Shown: one piece after another, positions 26,387 through 34,918 of the stretch
Layout of the letters: each line of letters begins with the position of its first letter
Position numbering within the stretch: position 1 is the stretch's first letter
NCBI GenBank assembly: GCA_016794035.1
Contig: JAEUHS010000058.1
Span: 14,854 to 78,853, forward strand
Direction: 5' to 3'
DNA length: 64,000 nt
From: Planctomycetota bacterium
GTDB lineage: Bacteria; Planctomycetota; UBA1135; UBA2386
Program-made: the position numbers and the translations under genes
Notes under the pieces: model-generated
What the model was told of the DNA's origin: nothing
The model's database searches: none
The model's input: only the letters and a program-made list of their open reading frames with translations

Positions 26387-27796
26387 CTACGGCCACTCGT
26401 GGTGGAAGAACTCGCCGGCCGGCTTGTCGGTGCGCTCGAACGTGTGCGCGCCGAACAGGTCGCGCTGCGCCTGGGTCAGGTTCTGCGGCAGCTTGGCGCG
26501 GCGGTAGGAGTCGAAGTAGCTGAGGCTCGCGCCCATCGCCAGCGTCGGCACGCCGTGTTCCGCCGCCAATGCGACCACCTTGCGCCACGCGCCCTGATGT
26601 TCCTGCAGGAAGCCGCCCAGCTCCGGGTCGAGCAGCAGGTTCGCCAGGCGCTTCCGCTTGCCGAACGCGGCCTGGATGCGGCCGAGGAAGCGCGCGCGGA
26701 TGATGCAGCCGCCCTTCCAGATGCGGGCGATCTCGCCGAAGTCGAGGCCCCACCCTTTCTCGGCATCGGCGGTGGCCAGCAGGTCGAGGCCCTGCGCGTA
26801 CGAGCAGATCTTGCTGCAGTAGAGGGCGTCGCGCACCGCATCGACCAGCTCGGCCGGCGCCTTCGTCGCCCTCGGGCCGTGCAGCACCTTGCTGGCGGCG
26901 ACGCGCTGCTCCTTCTGCGAGCTGAGGCAGCGGGCGTCGACCGCCGCGGCCATGGTCGGCACCGCGACGCCGTAGCGCAGCGCCATCTCCGAGGTCCACT
27001 TGCCGGTGCCCTTCTGGCCGGCGCGGTCGACGATCACGTCGACCATCGGCTGCCGCGTCGCCGGGTCGGTGGCGCGCAGGATGCGCGCGGTGATCTCGAT
27101 CAGGAACGACTCGAGGAAGCCCTTGTTCCAGTTCGCGAACGTGTCGGCCATCTGCGGATACGACATGCCGAGCACGTTCTGCATCAGATCGAAGCACTCG
27201 GCGATCAGCTGCATGTCGCCGTACTCGATGCCGTTGTGGACCATCTTCGTGAAGTGGCCGGCGGCGCCGGTGCCGACGTGGGTCACGCAGGGGCCGTCCT
27301 CGACCTGGGCGGCGATCCTGGTCAGGATCGGCGCCAGCTCGTCGTAGGCGCTCCGTTCGCCGCCGGGCATCAGGCTCGGACCGTTGAGCGCGCCTTCCTC
27401 GCCGCCGGACACGCCCATGCCGACGAAGCGGAAGCCCTTCGCCTGCAGCTCGCGCGCGCGGCGCTCGGTGTCGTCGGGATGGCTGTTGCCGGTGTCGATG
27501 ATCAGGTCGCCGGGTTCGAGCACTGGCAGGAACTGCGCGATCGTGTCGTCGACCGGCTTCCCGGCCTTGACCAGCAGCAGCAGGCGGCGCGGGCGCTCGA
27601 GCGACGCGGCGACCTCCTGCGGCGTGCGCGCACCGAACATCGGCCAGCCCTTCCCGGCGCGCGCCAGCGTGGCCTCGGTCTTGTCGTGGGAACGGTTCCA
27701 CACGGTGACCGGGATGCCGTTGCGGGCGATGTTGAGGGCGAGGTTCTGGCCCATCACGGCCAGACCGACGACGCAGATCTTGGAGTTGGCTTGCAT
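26387..27796 (-). CDS. gnd: 6-phosphogluconate dehydrogenase, decarboxylating
   Basis: 469 aa starting MQANSKICVVGLAVMGQNLALN (Rossmann fold). Further motifs are GMGVSGGEEGALNGPSLMPGG, GHFTKMVHNGIEYGDMQLI and GQKGTGKWT. The other 813 codons of track ORF 26387..30235 are a shadow. Confidence 0.95.
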   Translation of the reverse strand: MQANSKICVVGLAVMGQNLALNIARNGIPVTVWNRSHDKTEATLARAGKGWPMFGARTPQEVAASLERPRRLLLLVKAGKPVDDTIAQFLPVLEPGDLIIDTGNSHPDDTERRARELQAKGFRFVGMGVSGGEEGALNGPSLMPGGERSAYDELAPILTRIAAQVEDGPCVTHVGTGAAGHFTKMVHNGIEYGDMQLIAECFDLMQNVLGMSYPQMADTFANWNKGFLESFLIEITARILRATDPATRQPMVDVIVDRAGQKGTGKWTSEMALRYGVAVPTMAAAVDARCLSSQKEQRVAASKVLHGPRATKAPAELVDAVRDALYCSKICSYAQGLDLLATADAEKGWGLDFGEIARIWKGGCIIRARFLGRIQAAFGKRKRLANLLLDPELGGFLQEHQGAWRKVVALAAEHGVPTLAMGASLSYFDSYRRAKLPQNLTQAQRDLFGAHTFERTDKPAGEFFHHEWP

Positions 27797-27879
27797 GCGT
27801 TCTCGTGGGCGACGCGCGCACTGTAGCGTCGACCTCGCATGCGCCCGACTGCTTTGTCGGGATGCCGCGGCCGCTGCGA

Positions 27880-29082
27880 TCAGCGGTTGCCGGTCACCGC
27901 GGCGCGCGCCGGATCGGGCAGCGCCTGCAGCCAGTCGGCCCAGCGGCGCGGATCGCCGCCCGGGTCCTGGTTGGTCAGCTGCTGCAGCGCCTTCTGGTAT
28001 GCGCGCACGATCACGACCTCCTCGTAGACACCGGCGACGGTGACGTCGAGCACGCTGCCGCTCTGCAGCACGTCGACCTTCGGGTCGGCGATGAACGCCG
28101 CCTGGGCGACCTCGACGTCGTAGTCGCGGATGTAGGCCTGCTGCTGGAGGAAGGCGACGTGCGCGCGCACGCCCGGGCTCGCGGCCGCCAGGTTGACGCC
28201 GGCGTTGGGGCCCGCGAGTACGAGCAGTTCGACCGCGTCGCGACTGCCGAGTCCGGCGAACGCCTCGGCGGTCCGTACGCGGACCTTGCTGTTGCTGTGC
28301 ATCAGGCCGGGCGCGAGGTAGCGCACCGCGGCGGCATCGTCGTGGCCGCGCGCGATGTCGATCGCGGCGCGGCGGACCTTGCTGCTGCCGTCCAGCACCG
28401 CGGTGCGCAGCACGCAGCGGTCGTTGCCGGCGAGCTCGCGCCGCTGCAGCGCCGCCAGCGCGGCGATGCGCTGGCGCTCGGCGCCGGTCCGGCGGGCTTC
28501 GTTGCGCAGGTCCTGGTCGGCGTTCGGTTCGCGCACCAGCAGCATCTCGATCGCCGCCGCGCGGCCGGGGCTGGTGTCGGCGCGCATGCGATCGAGCAGC
28601 TGGTGCACGCGGATCCTGGTCGGGGCGCTGCGCCACTTGCGGGCCAGCACCTCGGGCTCGAGGTCGGCGAGCAGGTCGTCGAGGCGGCGCTGCAGCGACG
28701 CCGCGCCCGCGTCGTTGGCGGGCGAGGCGGCCGCGAGCCCGGTCACGACCCGATCGAGGTGGCGCCACATCTCCGGCTCGAGCCCGGTCTCGCGCGCCAG
28801 CAGCGCCAGCTGCAGGTTGGCGAACGTGCTGGTGCCGACCTCTCGCGCCTTGGCCGCCAGATCCTGGCGCAGTTCGTTGTCGGTGCGCCGCGTCGTCACC
28901 CGGTCCTTCTGCACCACGACGACGCCGTCGCGGGTGGTGACCTCGAGTGTGTCGCCGCGTTCGACGACCTTGCCGACCAGGACCCTGCCGTCGTCGAGGC
29001 GCACTTCGTCGGCGAGCACGACCGGCAGCGGAGCGGCGACGGCGAACAGCAGGAACAGACAGGATCGGGATAGTGCCATCAT
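27880..29082 (-). CDS. Secreted HEAT-repeat protein
   Basis: The signal is MMALSRSCLFLLFAVAAPLPVVLA. HEAT/PBS-lyase-like repeats include SKVRRAAIDIARGHDDAAAVRYL and SKVRVRTAEAFAGLGSRDAVELL. Confidence 0.6.
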   Translation of the reverse strand: MMALSRSCLFLLFAVAAPLPVVLADEVRLDDGRVLVGKVVERGDTLEVTTRDGVVVVQKDRVTTRRTDNELRQDLAAKAREVGTSTFANLQLALLARETGLEPEMWRHLDRVVTGLAAASPANDAGAASLQRRLDDLLADLEPEVLARKWRSAPTRIRVHQLLDRMRADTSPGRAAAIEMLLVREPNADQDLRNEARRTGAERQRIAALAALQRRELAGNDRCVLRTAVLDGSSKVRRAAIDIARGHDDAAAVRYLAPGLMHSNSKVRVRTAEAFAGLGSRDAVELLVLAGPNAGVNLAAASPGVRAHVAFLQQQAYIRDYDVEVAQAAFIADPKVDVLQSGSVLDVTVAGVYEEVVIVRAYQKALQQLTNQDPGGDPRRWADWLQALPDPARAAVTGNR

Positions 29083-29166
29083 CGCGGGCTCGGGATCGGT
29101 TCGAGAGGGCGTTTCGCCGGGCTGTCGCTATGCTGCGCGGCACCGGCGCCGGGCGCGCGGCGAAGC

Positions 29167-30057
29167 ATGAAGCGTACCATTCTCGTAGTCGCGGTCCTCG
29201 GCGTCCTGGATCTGGCTCCGGTTGGGGCCCAGCAGCCCGCGGTCCCGCCCGGCGAGCCCGCACAAGCCGGTCCCATCGACGAGATTGTGGCGGCGATGCG
29301 CGCGGCGGAAGGGCGCGCGCGCAGCGTCGTGGTCGAGCTGTCGACGTCCGGCCACCTGCCCGGCGGGCTCGAACTGTCGACGCGCGGCGTGCTGCATGTC
29401 CTGCGCGGAGCACAGCCCGCGGTGCACACCGCGGTCGAGTTCTCGTTCGCCGACGGGCTCGGTGGCCGCGTCGAGTCGGCGCAGACCGCTGCCGGCATCG
29501 TGATCTACGAGGAGAACCCGGCGTTCGGCGAGCTCTACCTGCGGCTGGAGCCGCCGGTGGTCGCCGACCTCGAATGGGCGGGCGCGGTGCTGCAGCGGTC
29601 CGACCTGCCGGGCATGGCCGACAGCCGTGCCGCCGCGCCGCTGGGCAGCACCATGCTGGCCGAACTGCAGCGCCACTTCGACCTCGCCGCGACCGACCGC
29701 CGCGAACGCGGCGGCGAGGCCGGGCAGTGGTTCGCCGGCGCGCGCCGCGCCGGTCTCGAGGACCAGGACACCGAGCTGCCGCAGGCGGATCGCGTCGAGC
29801 TGTTCGTGCGCGATCGTGATCACGCGTTGCTCGAAGTCGCGCAGCTGCAGGGCGACAAGCCCCTGCAGCGCATCGTCGTCGAACGCCTCGACGTCGACAC
29901 CGACATCCCGGCCGCGACGTTCGAGGTCGACGGCCGCGGCCAGCGCCTGCGCGACGTGCAGCAGCATCTGCCGATGTGGGACCAGATCCAGCAGGTCCTG
30001 CGGCAGGCCGAAGCCAAGGCCCCCGAAGGGCAAGTCCGCCCCAGCAACCGCAAGTAG
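29167..30057 (+). CDS. Secreted hypothetical protein (possibly LolA-like fold)
   Basis: 296 aa with signal MKRTILVVAVLGVLDLAPVGAQQ. I recognise no confident family motif. The fold suggestion rests only on size and composition. Confidence 0.5.
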   Translation: MKRTILVVAVLGVLDLAPVGAQQPAVPPGEPAQAGPIDEIVAAMRAAEGRARSVVVELSTSGHLPGGLELSTRGVLHVLRGAQPAVHTAVEFSFADGLGGRVESAQTAAGIVIYEENPAFGELYLRLEPPVVADLEWAGAVLQRSDLPGMADSRAAAPLGSTMLAELQRHFDLAATDRRERGGEAGQWFAGARRAGLEDQDTELPQADRVELFVRDRDHALLEVAQLQGDKPLQRIVVERLDVDTDIPAATFEVDGRGQRLRDVQQHLPMWDQIQQVLRQAEAKAPEGQVRPSNRK

Positions 30058-30077
30058 CACGCGCCTGGTCGCGCACC

Positions 30078-30265
30078 TGCGGTTGCCGGCACCGCGCCCG
30101 GCCGCGACAGTCCGCGGCAGCCCGCACCGCGCCACGTCCGCGACCGCCCGCGGCAGCCCGCACCGCGCCACGTCCGCGACCGCCCGCGGTTGCCCGCACC
30201 GCGCTACGTCCGCGACCGCCCGCGGTTGCCCGCACCGCGCTACGGCCGCGACCACCCGCGGTTGC
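30078..30265. repeat. 36-bp tandem repeat, about 5.2 copies, in a convergent intergenic gap
   Basis: Unit CGCGG(C/T)(A/T)GCCCGCACCGCGC(C/T)ACG(T/G)CCGCGACC(G/A)CC. Copies at 30113-30148 and 30149-30184 are identical. Copy 30185-30220 differs from them at 3 positions, and 30221-30256 differs from that copy at 2. A degenerate copy lies at 30078-30112 and a 9-nt partial copy at 30257. Each unit contains the inverted arms CGCGG-N9-CCGCG. Confidence 0.9.
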
Positions 30266-30282
30266 TGGCCGCTCAGCCGCGC

Positions 30283-30310
30283 GCCGCTGCGGCGCGTCGG
30301 CTGCAGCGGC
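30283..30310 (-). terminator. Candidate hairpin terminator downstream of prfC
   Basis: GCCGCTGC-N12-GCAGCGGC gives an 8-bp GC stem starting 10 nt after the prfC stop. There is no U-tract. Confidence 0.3.
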
Positions 30311-30319
30311 CCATTCGCC

Positions 30320-31903
30320 CTACCCCTCTTCTTCGGCCGGCGGCGACTCGAGCAGTTCGAGCCCCTTGTAGCGCGACTTGGCGTACTCGATCTCGAAGTC
30401 GGAGTGGAACAGCGCGACGAAGCGGCCGGCCTCGTCCTTGACGACCATCGGCAGCACCTCGAGCACCTCGTCGGTGACGTGGTCGACCCAGCGCGCGCGG
30501 GTCCAGGCCTTGCGGTCGAGGCGCAGCTGCACGCCGTACTCGTTCTCGAGCCGCCACTGGAACACCTCGAGCTGCAGTTCGCCGATCGCGCCCAGCACGG
30601 GTTCGCGGGCGCCGAAGCGCGGCCAGAAGATCTGTACGACGCCCTCCTCGCCGAGCTGTTCGAGCCCCTTGCCGAAGCCCTTCGACATCGACGGCTCGCG
30701 CGGCGCCACCTGCGCGAAGATCTCGGGTGCGAAGCGCGGGAAGTTGCGCACCTCGAAGCTCGGGCCCGAACTCAGCACGTCGCCGACGCGGAACATGCCC
30801 GGGTTGATCAGGCCGATCACGTCGCCGGGCCAGGCGTCTTCGATCGACACGCGCTCCTGGGCGAAGAAACGGTGCGGGTGCGACAGCCGCACTTCGCGCG
30901 ACAGCCGCAGGTGTCTGGCCGACATGCCGCGCTCGAAGTGGCCCGAACAGACGCGCAGGAACGCGATGCGGTCGCGGTGCATCTTGTCCATGTTGGCCGC
31001 GACCTTGTAGACGAAGCCGGAGAAGAACGGCGCGTTGGGCGGCACCTCGCCGTCCAGCGTCGGCAGCGGACCCGGCGGCGGCGCGATCTCGAGGAAGCGC
31101 TGCAGGATGTTCTCGACGCCGAAGTTGACCAGCGCGCTGCAGAAGAACATCGGCGAGATGCGCTGCTGCAGGAACGCCGACATCTCGAACGGCTGCACGC
31201 AGGTCTCGACCATCGCCAGATCCTCGAGCAGCTGCGCGTGCGCCCTCTCGCCGAGCGCCTGCCGCAGCTGCGGATCCGACGGTCCGGTGGTCTGCACGCT
31301 GGCTCGGGTCGCGTTGTGCGCGGTGCGCTCGAACAACGACACCTGCTGGTCGCGCAGCGAGTAGACGCCGCGGAAGTCGTCGCCGGAGCCGATCGGCCAG
31401 GTCGCCGGCACGATGGTGATGCCGAGCACCTTCTCGACCTCGTCCATCAGGTCGAGCGGCGCGCGCGCCGGCCGGTCCATCTTGTTGACGACGGTGACGA
31501 TCGGAATGCCGCGGTCGCGGCAGACCTTGAACAGCTTGATCGTCTGCGGCTCGACGCCCTTGGCGCCGTCGATCAGCATCAGCGCCGCGTCGGCGGCGAC
31601 CAGGGTGCGGTAGGTGTCCTCGCTGAAGTCCTGGTGGCCCGGCGTGTCGAGCAGGTTGATGCAGTGGCCCTGGTATTCGAACTGCAGCGCCGAACTGGTG
31701 ATCGAGATGCCGCGCTTCTTCTCCAGCTCCATCCAGTCCGAGGTCGCGTGCGCGCCGCCGCGGCGGGCCTTCACCGAGCCGGCCTCGCGGATGGCGCCGC
31801 CGTACAGCAGCAGCTTCTCGGTCAGCGTCGTCTTGCCGGCGTCCGGGTGCGAGATGATCGCGAACGTGCGCCGGCGCTGGATCTCGGTGTCGATGTCGGC
31901 CAT
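30320..31903 (-). CDS. prfC: Peptide chain release factor 3
   Basis: 527 aa. RRTFAIISHPDAGKTTLTEKLLLYGGAI, DTPGHQDF and NKMDR are the GTPase G1/G3/G4 motifs in the RF3-typical arrangement. Confidence 0.95.
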   Translation of the reverse strand: MADIDTEIQRRRTFAIISHPDAGKTTLTEKLLLYGGAIREAGSVKARRGGAHATSDWMELEKKRGISITSSALQFEYQGHCINLLDTPGHQDFSEDTYRTLVAADAALMLIDGAKGVEPQTIKLFKVCRDRGIPIVTVVNKMDRPARAPLDLMDEVEKVLGITIVPATWPIGSGDDFRGVYSLRDQQVSLFERTAHNATRASVQTTGPSDPQLRQALGERAHAQLLEDLAMVETCVQPFEMSAFLQQRISPMFFCSALVNFGVENILQRFLEIAPPPGPLPTLDGEVPPNAPFFSGFVYKVAANMDKMHRDRIAFLRVCSGHFERGMSARHLRLSREVRLSHPHRFFAQERVSIEDAWPGDVIGLINPGMFRVGDVLSSGPSFEVRNFPRFAPEIFAQVAPREPSMSKGFGKGLEQLGEEGVVQIFWPRFGAREPVLGAIGELQLEVFQWRLENEYGVQLRLDRKAWTRARWVDHVTDEVLEVLPMVVKDEAGRFVALFHSDFEIEYAKSRYKGLELLESPPAEEEG

Positions 31904-31960
31904 CGGGGGCGAAGAGAGTAGCGGTGCCCCCGGCGATTGCGAGGCTCGCGGCGCCAGCGC

Positions 31961-32824
31961 CTAGCGCGGTGCGGCACCGCCCGTCGGCGGCAGCAGACGG
32001 GACGCCCAGTCGCGCTGTTGGGGCGGGCCGCTGGCGGCGAGTTCGGCGAGCCAGCGCGCGCGGTGCGGGTGGTCGGGATGGTGGCAGACGAGGTGGGCCA
32101 GCATCGTGTCCCGGTGGTGGCGCCGGGTCGCCGGCTCGGGAACCGGGGCGTCCGTGGGCGCGGCCGTGCCGGCAGCCGGCGCGGTTTCGATGGCGGCGAG
32201 GAAGCCCGCATCGGCCGGTGCCCGGTCCTTGCCGGCAACCATCACCGGGATCTCGGGCAGCGTCAGGCCCAACACCTTCGGCTCGCACAAGCTCAGCTTG
32301 AGCTGCACCGTGCCGGCCGCATCGACGACGATCGCCGGGTTCGGCAGGTCGCCGAACATGGCCCGGCTCTGGTCGCCGAGGTCGTCGATCCAGACGTCGA
32401 CGTCGAGTCCGTATTCGGCGATCGTGCGGCGCGCGAGTGCCACCCGTTCCGCGTAGGTCGTTGGCTGTGGCACGTCACAGAACGCCAGCTGCCGCGCGTG
32501 GGGTTCGCGCTGGTAGACGACGACGAAGCGAACGTCGGTGCGATCGCGATACTGCGCGAGGAGATCCCGCAGACCTGCGGCGTTACGACGGAACGGCGGT
32601 CAAGTGTAGCTGCCGCCGATCAGCACGATGGTCCGGCCCCGTTCGAGCAGGAGGCTGCGCGGACGGCCGTCGAGGTCCCACAGGCAGAGGTCCGGAGCCG
32701 GCGTGCCGACCGCGGGCGCGGCCTGGGCGAACACCGTGCCCGAGTACTGGTCGATCCACCGCTTCTCCATCTGGGCCGGCAGGGCGGCGGTCAGCAGCAC
32801 GGCGACGAGGCATGTGATGCGCAT
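31961..32824 (-). CDS. Deiodinase-like thioredoxin-fold protein with an in-frame TGA (candidate selenocysteine) at 32600..32602
   Basis: Track ORFs 32600..33061 and 31961..32473 are in the same frame. I checked the frame codon by codon: the only stop is the TGA, and 42 open codons follow before the second ORF's nominal GTG. The joined product is MRITCLVAVLLTAALPAQ...RTIVLIGGSYT-[TGA]-PPFRRNAAGLRDLLAQYRDRTDVRFVVVYQREPHARQ... This matches the deiodinase active-site motif G-S-x-T-U/C-P-P-F and the following Y.D..V.F..VY..E.H block. A GGAG lies 11 nt before the ATG at 32824. Confidence 0.65.
32567..32580 (-). promoter_or_regulatory. Candidate bacterial SECIS apical hairpin
   Basis: The mRNA after the UGA reads CCGCCGUUCCGUCGUAACG-CCGCAGGUCUGCGG. 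This is a 5-6 bp stem with a GGUC apex. The 10-nt core GCAGGUCUGC begins 21 nt after the UGA and is identical, as I recall it, to the apex of the E. coli fdhF SECIS (GGUUGCAGGUCUGCACC), in the same codon phase. Confidence 0.5.
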
Positions 32825-32843
32825 CGTGGAACTCCGGTAGCGG

Positions 32844-33938
32844 TCAGGGACGAGCAGCGGGAACGGGGCCGACGGCGGGGTCCGTGTTCTGCCGCAGCAC
32901 GCGGAAGCCGACGTCGTCGGCGCGCACCTCGGGGCGCAGGCGCATGCGCATCGAGTTGCGGACGAAGATGCCGTCGAGCACGAACGATCCACCACGCAGG
33001 GCACGATACCCGTCTTCGCCCTCGCCTGCCGGATGCCGGCCGCCGTAGGCCGCGCGCACAAACACGTCGCCGGTCCACTCGAAGGCGTTGCCGGTCATGT
33101 CCAGCAGCCCGAAGCCGTTCGCGGGAAACCTGCCGGTGGGCAGCAGGTTGCCGCTCTCCTGGTTGGCGGCCGCCGTGCGGTAGGTGTCGCCGTACGCGTA
33201 GACCCGGGAGCCGGGGCCGCGCGCGGCCTTCTCCCATTCGGTCTCGGTCGGCAGCCGATGCACCACGCCGGTGCTCTGCGTGCGCCAGCGGCAGTAGGCG
33301 GCGGCGCCCTCCCAGCTCACCGTGACGACCGGCAGCTCCGGCGCGTTCGTCGTGAACCCGCCGTGCGCCGCGTCCCGATGGACCCGGCACTTGTGACCCG
33401 CCAGGTCGAGCCAGGCGTCCGCCACGGCGTCCGGCCGCAGCGCGTTCAGGAAGGCCGCGAACTGGGCGTTGGTGGTCTCGCGCTCGGCGAGCCAGAAGCC
33501 CGGCAGCGCCGGCGTCGACACCGGCCGTTCGTCTTCCTGGCCGATGCCGAGGTCGTCGCCGCGCAGCGTGATGCCCGGCGGGATCCAGCACCAGCCGGGT
33601 TCCGGCGCCGGCGCCGGCCACATGGTCAGCGACAGCGTCGCCGGTGGCGTGAAGCCGAGTTCGGCGACCGGCAGCGGCAGCGGCAGCGACGGCGCGCCGT
33701 CGCCGATGGCCACCGCGTAGCGCCCGGGCAGGAGGTCGAGCGTGATCGTCGCGCCGTCCCCGAGCCCGGTCTCGGCGCCCCAGCCGTCGCGCACCGCGCG
33801 GCACAGACGCAGGTTCGCGCCGGTGCGGTTGTCGAGCACGACCCGGCGCGGTTCGGGCGCGCCAGATGCGCGCGTGGCCGTGGCGAGGCAGTCGCAGGCG
33901 CCGGCCGACAGAACGGCCGCGAGGACGGCGGCGTGCAT
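32844..33938 (-). CDS. Secreted/lipoprotein formylglycine-generating-enzyme (FGE-sulfatase/SUMF1) domain protein
   Basis: The start is MHAAVLAAVLSAGAC. The C-terminal domain carries ERETTNAQFAAFL, VTVSWEGAAAYCRW, RLPTETEWEKAARG, GLLDMTGNAFEWT and LRGGSF, the FGE-sulfatase signature blocks. Confidence 0.75.
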   Translation of the reverse strand: MHAAVLAAVLSAGACDCLATATRASGAPEPRRVVLDNRTGANLRLCRAVRDGWGAETGLGDGATITLDLLPGRYAVAIGDGAPSLPLPLPVAELGFTPPATLSLTMWPAPAPEPGWCWIPPGITLRGDDLGIGQEDERPVSTPALPGFWLAERETTNAQFAAFLNALRPDAVADAWLDLAGHKCRVHRDAAHGGFTTNAPELPVVTVSWEGAAAYCRWRTQSTGVVHRLPTETEWEKAARGPGSRVYAYGDTYRTAAANQESGNLLPTGRFPANGFGLLDMTGNAFEWTGDVFVRAAYGGRHPAGEGEDGYRALRGGSFVLDGIFVRNSMRMRLRPEVRADDVGFRVLRQNTDPAVGPVPAARP

Positions 33939-33990
33939 GCGGCCGACCTCGCGCCGCGCCGCGGGCGACGCCGCGATCGTCGGGCGCGGG

Positions 33991-34872
33991 TCAGACCTTG
34001 TCCGGATCCTGGCCACGCAGCACCGAGTTGCCGTCGAACGTCTCGCGCAGATTGGCGCGCGCGGGCTGCGCCAGCATCGCCTCGTCGAGCCGCCCGCTCT
34101 GGGCGAAGAACGCGATCGGGTTGTGCCAGACCAGCTGGTCGATGCGGTCGCGCGCGACGCCGGCCTGCTCGAGCTTGACCACCGTGCGCGGCACCATCAT
34201 CGGATCGCTGACGCCCCAGTCGGCGGCGCTGTTGATCACCATGCGCTCGACGCCGTACTCGAGCACGATGCTGGTCATGCGCGCCGGGTCCATCTTGGTG
34301 TTCGGGTAGATCGAGAACCCCGACCAGCAGCCGAGGTCGCGCGTGATCTTGATGGTCTCCTCGTTGCCGTGGTCGAGCAGCACGCGCTCCATCGGGAAGT
34401 TGCAGTCCCGCACGATCGCGATGCAGCGCTCGAAGCCCTTCTTCTTGTCGCGGTGTGGCGTGTGCACCAGGGCCGGCAGCGAGTGCTTGCGCGCCAGTTC
34501 GAGCTGCGCGGCCATGAACGTCTCCTCGGCCTTGGTCTGGTCGTCGAGGCCGATCTCGCCGACGCCCAGGCACGAGTCCTTCTCGCAATAGCGCGGCAGG
34601 ATCGCCAGCACGTCCTTGTTGACGCGGTCGTCGTTCGCCTCGCGCGGGTTCAGCGCCATCGTGCAGAAGTGGTGGATGCCGAACTGCTGCGCGCGGTGGC
34701 GTTCCCAGCCGATCAGCGTCTCGAAGTAGTCGACGAAGCTGCCGACCGAGGTGCGCGGCTGGCCGAGCCAGAACGCCGGCTCGAGCACCGCGCGTACGCC
34801 GGCGAGGCTCAGCCGCTCGTAGTCGTCGGTGATGCGGCTGAACATGTGGATGTGCGGTTCGAAGATCGGCAT
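33991..34872 (-). CDS. TatD-family metal-dependent hydrolase (resembles the EboB type)
   Basis: 293 aa. MPIFEPHIHMFSRITDDYERL...EPAFWLGQPRT...GVGEIGLDDQT...LVHTPHRDKKKG...NSAADWGVSDP. The N-terminal HxH and the overall pattern match my recollection of the TatD hydrolases encoded in ebo operons. Confidence 0.7.
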   Translation of the reverse strand: MPIFEPHIHMFSRITDDYERLSLAGVRAVLEPAFWLGQPRTSVGSFVDYFETLIGWERHRAQQFGIHHFCTMALNPREANDDRVNKDVLAILPRYCEKDSCLGVGEIGLDDQTKAEETFMAAQLELARKHSLPALVHTPHRDKKKGFERCIAIVRDCNFPMERVLLDHGNEETIKITRDLGCWSGFSIYPNTKMDPARMTSIVLEYGVERMVINSAADWGVSDPMMVPRTVVKLEQAGVARDRIDQLVWHNPIAFFAQSGRLDEAMLAQPARANLRETFDGNSVLRGQDPDKV

Positions 34873-34918
34873 CGTTGGGTCGGCGGGTGCTGGGTGGGTG
34901 GCTGGACCGCGGGCGTGG

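Noticed and set aside
27797-30235. An 813-codon N-terminal extension of the gnd ORF (track ORF 26387..30235).
   Set aside because: 6-phosphogluconate dehydrogenase begins at the Rossmann motif MQANSKICVVG (27796). The upstream part overlaps the HEAT-repeat gene and the antisense of 29167..30057, and it runs through the tandem repeat.
30078-30265. The 36-bp repeats considered as a CRISPR array, or as a coding 12-aa repeat (track ORFs 29128..30255 and 29627..31921).
   Set aside because: The whole 36-bp unit repeats head-to-tail with no unique spacers, and no cas genes are present. The ORFs that translate it are antisense or off-frame relative to supported flanking genes and are otherwise low-complexity.
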